Assembly: GCA_026025075.1 (NCBI GenBank)
Contig: JAPEUI010000063.1
Coordinates: 62,001-101,594, forward strand
Direction of reading: 5' to 3'
Source: Vezdaea acicularis
Lineage: Eukaryota
Length of the DNA stretch: 39,594 nt
Part shown: one piece after another, positions 22,532 to 31,961 of the stretch
How the letters are laid out: each line of letters opens with the position of its first letter
Numbering within the stretch: position 1 is the stretch's first letter
The notes under the pieces: model-generated
The model's database searches: none
What the model saw: the letters and a program-made list of their open reading frames with translations, nothing else
What the model was told of the DNA's origin: nothing
Position numbers and translations under genes: made by a program

Positions 22532-24149
22532 ATGCCCTCCAAAACTGTAGCGATTCAGCCAGGCCTATCTTCGTTCCTCAAGTCTCTTCACGGCCAGTCG
22601 GTCGAGTCTGCTATCGAGCGACTTATATCGTAGGTACACACTGCCCACTATTTGAACCATTTCACTCACCCTTTATCCGCAGACTTCTGAAAAGGAGACA
22701 AATTCGGAGTTCAAGGGCTTGTGCGATAGCGACTGCGAACTTGCTGCTCAGAGTTGTGTCGGTCTTCAAATGGACGGATGTGCACCGTCTTATCGAAAGG
22801 ATCCGACAGGTTGGGCAACGGCTATGCACAGCGCAACCACGGGAGTGGGTTGTAGGAAACATTGTACGGCGCGTTCTAGGTCTTATTAGAGAAGAGGCAG
22901 AGGATGACAGAGACAAGGATGCCAGTAATTACAGCGACGCTGGGGAAAGTCATACAAGCTCACCTCATCGGAATGGCATCGATGATACACTAGCACCGCG
23001 GAGAGCTTTTCTACCTTCCAACTCCATCTTAAGTCCCTTTGGGCGGGGCGATTCTGTGGATACGAATATGGAAATCGGTAGTAGCGATACGGACGACTCT
23101 TCTCCACGTAAAGGAACGCCAGATATAATGTCTCGCCGACCTCCTCTATTGACATCACATACTTCCTACGCTCCTACTACCCCAGCTCCTATGGTAACTT
23201 CTATGTTTAACCTCTTCTCCGAGGCAGGTACTCCCTCTGGATTATCCTCACCAACACCTACAGGTGCGAATTCTCCAACGCACCGTACAGCCTTAACAAC
23301 ACAACACCTGGCGGGCCTTAATACACCTCCCGTCCGGAACATTAAATCCGACGTTGTAGAAGGCATCAAAGAGATCATCGACGAGATCAAACAAGCTCAC
23401 GACCAAGTCGCGGGCTACGCCCTTGAACATATCCATGATAATGAACGTATCCTGACTAGCACTGCCTCGCACACAGTTCTAGAATTCCTCCTGAAGGCGG
23501 CAAAGGAACGAAAATTTACCGTCATTTATGCAGAGTCATACCACAGCGACCACTTCACAGCAACTTCGGCTAAAACAGAACCTTTTACGGAGCCACGCGA
23601 TGACTCTAAGAGTAGTAGCGACGAGAACAGTCTGTCCACAGCCACATTTGCCAAGTCCCTGACAGCTGCGGGTATAACAGTCATCATCATTCCCGATTCG
23701 TCAGTTTTTGCTCTCATGTCCCGAGTCGATAAGGTTATCATAGGAACCCATGTTGTACTCGCAAACGGTGGACTAGTGGCTGCTGCGGGCGCTCGGATTA
23801 TCGCGAGCGCGGCGAAAAAGCATGCGAGGAAGGTCTTCGTAGTCAGCGGCGTGTACAAGCTCAGTCCAGTCTACCCTTTCGATGTTGAATCCTTGATTGA
23901 GTATGGAGGCGCTGGGCAAGTGGAAAAATATGAAGAGGGGGAAGACATGATGGATGCCGAAGAAGTGGAGAATCCGCTGTTCGACTACGTGTCGGCCGAA
24001 TTGGTGGACCTTTATATCACGAACCTGTGAGTGAGCTCGTACGTTGTATCGATCCATCTGCTAACGTTCGGCGAAGGGGTGGGCATGCACCATCTTACTT
24101 GTATCGAATAGTGTCAGACCATTACAGGAACGAGGATATAAATCTATGA
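22532..24149 (+). CDS. GCD7: Translation initiation factor eIF2B beta subunit; 3 exons
   Basis: LLKRRQI, VGNIVRRVLGLIREE, IPDSSVFALMSRVDKVIIG, GVYKLSPVYP and NPLFDYV..YITNL|GGHAPSYLYRIVSDHY. Introns 22630-22682 and 24027-24076. Confidence 0.93.
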
Positions 24150-24981
24150 AGCAGCTTTCATGCCTCCAGGCGCCCACGCGTCATCATCCTTACTCACCAA
24201 CTCTTCCGTGACGTTGAGCCTCCCCTTTACGATCTGCTCCCCGTTCACAAGATCGTTTTCATTCGCTCTCTTCAGCGCCTCATCCGGCGTCTCTGCAACG
24301 CCAGTCCGAACATGCCTCTCCACCAGTCTCTGCCTGGCCGTCTCAAAGTCCACCTTGACGAACCACAACTCGTCCATGAGTTCCGCGATCTGATTCCAGG
24401 GCATTTCATTCAAACTTAGATAATTTCCTTCAAACACCAAGATCCGCGCAGAGGAACTGATGGCGATGTCATCTGCGATAGGATCTTTTGTCGCATGATC
24501 GAATGACGGTGCATGGAGTGTGACTGACTCAGGGCAGAGTGGCTCACGGATTTTCTTGACAAGTGCGAGGAAGGCCTCACCGTCGAAAGTGAAGGCGGCG
24601 CCCCGGCGAGCGTGCGCGGTAGCAGGGTCTGGCATAGCGCTCAAATGCGCACGGGTGAAATGATACCCGTCCATAGGAATAAAGGCTGCAACCGGAGTAC
24701 ACGCCAGGCCGGGTGCCTCTTCATCGTGAAGAGCGTTCAAACGTTGGGTTACTATCTTCGCAAGGGTCGTTTTACCTTAAGATAGTCAGCGAATAGGCAG
24801 ACCTTGGATGATAGGTAAAGCACCGGATCCGGGAATGCCAGAGATAGCGATCAACAGTCGTTTGGACGCAGGCGTTTCCTTATATTTCTCTAGCCATGGT
24901 TAGACACACAGCAATCAACCAGAGAGTATTGAGCTCACTCCAGGTCTTATCAACCAGGAAATCTACCTGCCCCTCCATCAT
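24144..24981 (-). CDS. Yfh7-like P-loop kinase (phosphoribulokinase/uridine kinase/PanK superfamily); 3 exons
   Basis: Walker A ISGIPGSGKTT assembled across intron 24823-24776; PMDGYH, RRGAAFTFD, PSFDHATKDP and FEGNYL. Further intron at 24938-24890. Confidence 0.9.
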
Positions 24982-25569
24982 AGATTTCGCTTGGAAGAAG
25001 TGAAGCTCCGCGCAAGGTGGGGTTAGCGGCAAATTTGACATGCATAAGCGGTGTTTAGTTTTTCCGGACGGAAGAACTCAGCGCCCATCCGCTCTTGAAG
25101 ATCGAGATTGAGAGCCAATCGGCTAGAGAACTTATGACGTAAGGGTACGAACGCATCCCGTTCCGAGGGGCTCCCCTCGCCTTAGGAATGACGGTCGGCT
25201 GGAAACAGAGAGCACAGCGAGAATGGTGAGACGCTGCGATGTAGAGCAATTAATCTGGATTGGTGTGAATGTGGAAAAGCGCTGGGTGTGACTTCGGACC
25301 TGCATTTGCGTGATGATGAAATGTTGAATGGCGGCGGAAATTAGATGCGTGCGAAAAAGCCTGGCAAGAGTGACATAGGAATCGAAACAAGTGGCGCCTT
25401 CCGTCATGGGACACAAGCCACAATCCCGTCTCCCTGCTACAAAAGCCTGGCCGAAGCCTTCTCACCTTACCTCCTTCCTCTCCTACACCCGCAACACCAA
25501 CATCATCCGTCTTCAACCTTCTTGTTCATTAACGACAACCACAAATCTTCTAACCCCTCACTCTTCACA

Positions 25570-26382
25570 ATGGCGACCCTTCACTGTAAGTCAACCACCT
25601 TTATTCTTTGTCGATCAGCCCGGGAAATGGACAATGACGACATCAACTTTGTCAATTTTCTCCTTCGTTACAATTTCAGTCTGGCTCCTTTTCAACATCA
25701 ATCTGTACTCAAAGCGTGCCTTCATGCACTTGAGATATCCTCAGTGATGAAAAGAGTTCAAAGTGACAGCTGTGGATTATCATTTATCCCTCAGTTCCGC
25801 CAAACTCCAGGGTCCTTCAGTACCATGGATGACATTTCACATATCATCAACTAAACCTTGGATGAAGCTAATCAAACGTCTCACCAGACCTCCCACCGGT
25901 AAAGCCATCGGCGATTGCCCTTGGCGCCGTCTTCAGCAACACCGCTGCCCTCGCGGTCCTTGCCCCAGTTTTTGGTGACACCTACCACCGCGCCAAGCGT
26001 GCCGACTCCGCCGAGGAATTCATCAAGTCTCGGGAAGCTGCCTCCGCTGGTATGGCGTGGGGTTCTTCGATCATCGGTTCATGCATCCAATCCTACGGGG
26101 TCGGTGCTCTCATCAACACAACTGGTACCCTCAGCTATAAGGGCGCTGCATATCTCGGCTCGTTGATTTTCATGGCTAGTGCTGCACCAGGAGTATGTGC
26201 TTCCATTTAATCTTCTAAGGAATTAAAAGTAATTGACTTGTCAACAGATCATCGCCCAAATCACCCTCGAGAAGCGTCCCGCTGACCAAGTCGGCATCGG
26301 TGCCCTCTCCAAGGTCATTGACTCCGTCGGTCTTGCCATTTTCCTCACATGGTGGGGAACTCGCACAAACCCATTTGACTAA
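25570..26382 (+). CDS. Small multi-pass membrane protein, DUF1761-like; 3 exons (25570-25585, 25888-26192, 26248-26382)
   Basis: Spliced product MATLHYLPPVKPSAIALGAVF...SYGVGALINTTGTLSYKGAAYLGSLIF...LAIFLTWWGTRTNPFD*. Canonical splice sites and C-ending codon bias. Missed by the ORF track. The family name is recalled, not verified. Confidence 0.8.
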
Positions 26383-27603
26383 GCGTCTCGCCTAAGCCTT
26401 GAGAGCGTGAAATCTATAAGTGACGAGGTGAAGGGCAGCAAGAAGGGAAGGTTGTGACTTTCGATCAACCGTGTAGTTGTGGTCCGGGCTTGGGTAAATT
26501 TCATTGCAACCAATCTGCGTGTAGCTAGTCGCTTTTCACATTGCATTAAACTAAGACCAAATTTCCCACTCAGGATCGTATACGTGATGTGATGTATTTG
26601 TGCTTCTTCGGTATTCATAATGTGATGACAAGCCGCAGAATTGACGTTTTGAAGTGTTGGCTCGATCTAGCGCCAACCTGTGCCAGGCTATGTTTCAGAT
26701 ACCATTTGCAATAACATTCCGTGAAACCTCTCAAGAGATCAGTGATCTAGCCAGATGCCACCGCTCCAATGGCATGTATTCATATGCCCTTTAGATACGG
26801 ATCAGCTGCCTCTCAAGTTCCATGCCTCATTATTGCCTTTCTGAAAAGACTTAGGGTCAGTGTATCAATCCAAGGCGTGCCGCTTGAAGCTAGGAGTCAC
26901 GGTGTCTGCTCAGGAGAAGCATTGAATGATGCAAAGACCGCCGTGAATAACAGGATATCACCATACCTAAGGTTACTATTTTCCCAGTAATAATTTAAAT
27001 GTAGACTTCCGAGCAAGAAACGACATCTTGAGATGGACTAAGAGACATATATCTAAGAGAATATCACTCCCGATTCGCGTTTCAAAGTATGTAAGAGAGA
27101 TCATTTCATTCAGCAAAGCCGTGCAAGTATAGCTAGCAAACCCGCGAACCACCTCGTGGTTCGAAGAGAGCAAAAGAACGCCAACCAGCAAAGACACATA
27201 CACCGCTTCGAGCTTTTAATACACGTTGCAGCCGCCGCCGCAGAGTAAGAAGCCGCCTTCCGCTTTTTCTGGTGAAACTCGCCATGAGAAGAGCTGCCTA
27301 AGGGGCATCTCACTAGAGGGAGCAAGTACAATGAGCCAAGTTCTTTTCTGTTCGCCGATTTTTGGTTCCGTCGTGGCTTGTAGCCATGTGTATTTACCCC
27401 CCTAGATCCGATACGCCAGCCCGCCAAGCATACATGTGTGAAGCAAAGAGCCATTCAAGTGCAAGTTGAGGTAGATGTGGTCGAATTAGAAACCTGAAGG
27501 TTATAGGAAATGGAACCAGCCATGTTGCTCTTTTCGAATGAGGGTCATTAGTAAACAACCACACCACACATAAAATTCCCCCTTTCAAGACACAACCCCT
27601 ACT

Positions 27604-29446
27604 TTACCATTGAGGAGTAACATCGCCACCCCTATCATTATACGTGCGTGCAGGCGTGGCCGCTCCCACTCTGGCCTCATGTGGGAGGATCCTGGCCAGC
27701 CCCGCCGCTGCCCACCACTCGTCTGGGATATCCTCTCTTCGCGCCAGCCGATGAATGAGCAGCTGCATGTCCGCAAGCTCGTGCACTGGCGCATCGGCAT
27801 CGACTTCGACGTGGTAGCGCAGGAATTGGTGGTTATCCCACAAGCTCCTGTTCGGCCTGGGATGCTCCTGCCATGGCTGGTGGCGACGTGAGTGTTCGCG
27901 GGGCGGGCCGTTGGGGACGATGGGGCTCAAGCCGGCGCGGGTGTTCATGTAGGCGCGCGATTGGCGGATGAGCGTTGCGATCTCGGTTTCGGATTCGATG
28001 TCGGAGGCGGAATCGGTCGAGACGTCGGAGAGCTCGCAGTCCTCCATGTAGGCCGGGACGGGGGAGGCGGCGGTGAGCGGAGTGGATGAGGAGGTAACAG
28101 TGGAGGTGAGGTGTGATGCCGAGGCCGAGGCAGTGGCGGTTGCGGACGTGAAGGACGAGTCGGCGCTCGGCGCGCGCTCGTCGGGTGGGATGGTCGTGAG
28201 TAGTGTTTCCCAGTTGTCTGGGCTGATGCTGCGATCGCGGTCACCAAGGCCGTCTGCAGGGACGGAGGAGGAGGTGGGAACAGGGGAATAGCGCGGGCGG
28301 CGGCTAGAAAGCTCGGCGGCCAGGCGGGAGCTGATTTGACGACGGCCCATGCGGCGGAGAGGTGGGAGCGTGTCAATCTCCACAGAGGGGTTGAGCAGGT
28401 TGGCTTCATATGCATTGGGGACGTGGTCTGATCGGATGATCGGATATGGTCGGGGAAATCGCGAAACACCAGTAGAACCGGCCAATGGTACTATCTGTGC
28501 GAGATCGTAGATCCCAACCACCATCTGATACTCCTCGGCCAGGTCGTAGTTGGGGAGGTGGGCGTGATTTAAGGCCTGGTTGGAAGACCGGACTAGATCC
28601 ATAACTTCCTCTGTAGACGGAGGCTGGATGCCTTGATCAAGAGGAGCCTCGGCCCGTAGGAGAACAAGTCGTTCCTGCAGCAGGCGGATCTCTTCGCTTC
28701 GAAGCCGTCGAGTTTCTGCTGTACTTTCTGACGGAGGAGTCGTCGTGAAAGGGTGGGCTTGATCATATTCGTTCGCGATGCGAAGAAGGGCCCAGGTCAT
28801 CTGGTTAAGCATTCGCCTGATGGCATCGTCGCGCGTGCCGAGGGATAATTCAAATACCTCTTGCTCCCGCAGGTTTTGTGGCTCAGGTAGGGCGTTCCTG
28901 TATGCAGCTCGCTGGGCAGTGGCTAGTCGAGAAGTAGCTTGAGCTCGTGCGGCTATGGTGAGGGCTCGAGAGTGCGCCACGAGGTCCTCTGGACGGCCTG
29001 GGAGCCAGCTGTGGCGAGTGGTGTTGCCGTGACACCAACGGTCCCGGATTGCGCGCAGTAGGGTGACTTCGTCATCAAATCTTGGTGCAGAAGATGTGTC
29101 TTCAAACGTCGTCTGCAAGCGGTGAAGTCGAGTTTCTACACTGGAACGTACACTCGAACGCGTTCTCCGACGTGATCCATTGCCGACGCGAACAAGCCGA
29201 CGACGTATAGGGGAACGCGCAGGGCGAGTAGAGTCGGTGATCTGCGTTGCTGGCTTCGGCGCTTCCGCGGTCGGTTCTCGCCATACGCTGTAAGAAAAAA
29301 AGCGGTTAGCAGGAATCTCGCGTGAGGCCGACGATGCCCCAATGCGCACCCGTTACAGATCCCGCGGCAAGGCAAACCAGGAGCTGTACGGGTGCACCAG
29401 CAGAGTCAAATGTCGAGGGGAGCCAGGAAACTTACGGAACACCCAT
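27604..29446 (-). CDS. Hypothetical, largely disordered Arg/Ser/Pro-rich fungal protein; 2 exons
   Basis: 11-nt first coding exon ATGGGTGTTCC, then intron 29435-29288 (GTAAGT..GCTAAC..TTACAG) gives MGVPVWREP, followed by a ~1.7-kb open frame. Confidence 0.8.
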
Positions 29447-29613
29447 CGCGACGTATTTTACTCGGAAGTGACGTTGATTTGGATGATGAGAGGTTATTCT
29501 TCGGTCGGAGTGAAAGTCGTGGACGAATGAGGGTGATCGGGCGCGTGCGCCGGAGGTGAGGAGCAGAAACACACAAACACAACTCAAAGATGCCTTCGAC
29601 ACATGCAAATTAA

Positions 29614-29645
29614 GAGAGTGGAGAGTGGAGAGTGGAGAGTGGAGA
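29614..29645. repeat. Heptamer tandem repeat (GAGAGTG)x4.5
   Basis: Read directly from the sequence; lies in the divergent intergenic region before FOL3. Confidence 0.85.
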
Positions 29646-29975
29646 TCTGAAAGAGAAAGGAAAGGCCCTCGGTCTTACTGGCTCGACGGCGGAGGAGAGG
29701 TCGATGGGGTTGAAGGGAGCGAGTCGGAAAGAGAAGCGCAAAGGCGGAGAGGAGGCGTGGGAGGGCAAGGCGAGCGGCGTCTGTTTGGGGGGAGATCGCG
29801 AACGCCCGAATCGTTTCAGCGCCGGCTCGCTCGCTCGCTGGCCCCGTCTGCACAGAATGCTCGCGTAAGCGCCCCTGCTTCGACTGGCGCCGCCCTCGGG
29901 CATAACCCACGGCCACACCTTTCGCCGGCCTCCGCCCTCGCGCCAATCACGCCGCACGACACACCTACATCAGTC

Positions 29976-29982
29976 TGAGTCA
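29976..29982. promoter_or_regulatory. Candidate CpcA/Gcn4 element TGAGTCA about 90 nt upstream of FOL3
   Basis: Exact match to the TGA(C/G)TCA consensus; function not shown. Confidence 0.35.
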
Positions 29983-30040
29983 CGGTTTCACCCTGTTGTT
30001 GTGGGCCCGACGTGCGCTCTACGTTACGACGAGCGCCATC

Positions 30041-30067
30041 ATGGCTATAGGGCTGCGAACGCTCTAG
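30041..30067 (+). promoter_or_regulatory. 8-codon uORF (MAIGLRTL*) ending 6 nt before the FOL3 start
   Basis: ccatcATGG context; in frame with ATG 30074. Confidence 0.45.
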
Positions 30068-30073
30068 CCGGCA

Positions 30074-31348
30074 ATGGCGATCGAGCTTGGCCTCAGTCGA
30101 ATCAGCCGCCTGGTTCAACCGACGTCGCAGAAGTGGCGAGCGATCCACGTAGCGGGGACGAATGGCAAAGGGTCCATCTGCGCATATGCCTCGGCGATGC
30201 TGCACGCCGCCGGTATCAGGAGCGGTCGTTTTACCTCACCTCACCTTATCGACAGGTGGGACTGTATCACAATCGATGAGAAGGTCGTGGACGAATCGCT
30301 CTTCCGCCAAGTCGAAGACAGCGTCCGCTGGAGGGACCGCAAGCACGGTATCAGAGCTTCAAACTTCGAGATCCTCACGGCAACAGCGTTTGAGATCTTC
30401 ACGCAAGAGAATGTAGAGGTGAGCGTTGTTGAGGTGGGCCTTGGGGGAAGACTGGACGCGACGAATGTCCTCGTAAACCCTTTTGCTACCGTTATTTCGA
30501 AGATAGGGCTGGACCACCAGTCCTTCCTGGGAAACAGCCTTGCAGAGATTGCAAGAGAAAAGGCAGGCATCATGAAATCGGGCGTTCCCTGCATCGTGGA
30601 TGCGACCAACGATCCAGCAGTGATGGATGTCCTCGAGTCCTCAGCAGCTTCGGTATCTCGAATGCCCCTTATCAAGGTCTCGCCGGAGCATCAAGGTCCC
30701 CTCTGGGATCCTGTCCAGAAGGAAGTACTACCGGGCCATCAGCGGATCAATCTGGCTTGTGCGGTGACCGCTCTTCAGACTGGGATGAAAGAAGCCCATC
30801 CCGAGATCAACTTCCAGGACTACATAAGCGCTGCTTCCCATATACGAAACCCAGCAAGGCTTCAAAGGGTGTCCATCGAGCAAATTACGGGAAGGTGGGA
30901 AGCAGTTCTGATCGACGGAGCTCACAATCTTCAATCCGCCGAGGTCTTGGCCTCAGTTGTCCAACAAGACCGAAGAGATGGGGGTCAAGCTGTAACGTGG
31001 ATCGTTGCTGTATCAGCGGGCAAAGATGTCGGCGGGTTGATGAGGGTGCTCATTCACCCATCTGACAACGTCATTGCCGCTGAATTCGGCCCTGTGGATG
31101 GAATGCCCTGGGTGAAAGCGGTCTCTGCACGGGAGATCCTTGACGAAGTAGACCGAATAAGGCATAGGGAAGGCATGTCAGTGGCTGTCAGCGCTGACAT
31201 TGAGGGTGCTCTACGAAGAGGGTCCGAAGTAGCTGGCGAGGGCCCTCTCGTAATTGCAGGTAGCCTCTATCTTGCGGGGGATGTCTTACGGCTTCTCCGT
31301 AATAGCGGAGGTCTTCAGCTTCACAGGTGTAAACCTATTCCACAATAA
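30074..31348 (+). CDS. FOL3: Dihydrofolate synthase / folylpolyglutamate synthase (FolC family)
   Basis: IELGLSRI, IHVAGTNGKGS, FTSPHL, VEVGLGGRLDATN, IGLDHQ, EKAGI, IDGAHN and AGSLYL; intronless 424 aa. Confidence 0.92.
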   Translation: MAIELGLSRISRLVQPTSQKWRAIHVAGTNGKGSICAYASAMLHAAGIRSGRFTSPHLIDRWDCITIDEKVVDESLFRQVEDSVRWRDRKHGIRASNFEILTATAFEIFTQENVEVSVVEVGLGGRLDATNVLVNPFATVISKIGLDHQSFLGNSLAEIAREKAGIMKSGVPCIVDATNDPAVMDVLESSAASVSRMPLIKVSPEHQGPLWDPVQKEVLPGHQRINLACAVTALQTGMKEAHPEINFQDYISAASHIRNPARLQRVSIEQITGRWEAVLIDGAHNLQSAEVLASVVQQDRRDGGQAVTWIVAVSAGKDVGGLMRVLIHPSDNVIAAEFGPVDGMPWVKAVSAREILDEVDRIRHREGMSVAVSADIEGALRRGSEVAGEGPLVIAGSLYLAGDVLRLLRNSGGLQLHRCKPIPQ

Positions 31349-31961
31349 CTAGAGATATGCTCTAAAATCATGGAGCTCTTGTAAATGTTCTGATAGTAAT
31401 CGCTGCTCACCTCTAGAGAAACCAACGAAGGGGCAATATGACCTCCTTTCGCGAGATGAGGCCCCGGTCGAGTCCCTCGGCTCCGATTTCACGTCAATTC
31501 AGCCCTACCTGATCACAACTTTCGTTAAAGTTGCAAGGATCACACGATCATCTTCTGTTTAAGCTATAGAGCCACTTCCAAGCTGTAAATGTACTGCAGC
31601 AAGGGGAAATGTCAATTGCTTCCGTCGGTTCGGTCCAAGTCCCCGGTCCCATCAAAAGTCTCGCTATACGGGGAGGGTTGTAAAGCATGATCATTGCTCT
31701 CCCTAGCACATTGCAACCCCCGAGCTGTTCGTGCCCTCCGCAACCTACATTTCTATTCTCGTCATGAAACGCAAAGCTAAACAATCACTCGTCTTCTGCA
31801 GCTCCCTCCCCGACACCTTGCTTCTCTCGGTCGCGTCGCCCTCCCTTAGTCATTGCCCAGATATATCTCCGACTTTGGTTACCAGCATGCGAGTCGAGCA
31901 GTGCGGTGAAGCTCAAGATCCACTTGGCCCATTTGCTTTTGCCGCCTCTCCTACATTGAGA

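Noticed and set aside
27610..30675. Many overlapping or antisense ORFs in GC-rich sequence
   Set aside because: They are shadows of real CDSs or of high GC content and have no recognisable motifs.
31346..31384. FOL3 stop TAA followed by CTAG (readthrough-like context)
   Set aside because: The stop is TAA rather than TGA, and the extension ends ..MELL, which is not a PTS1 signal.
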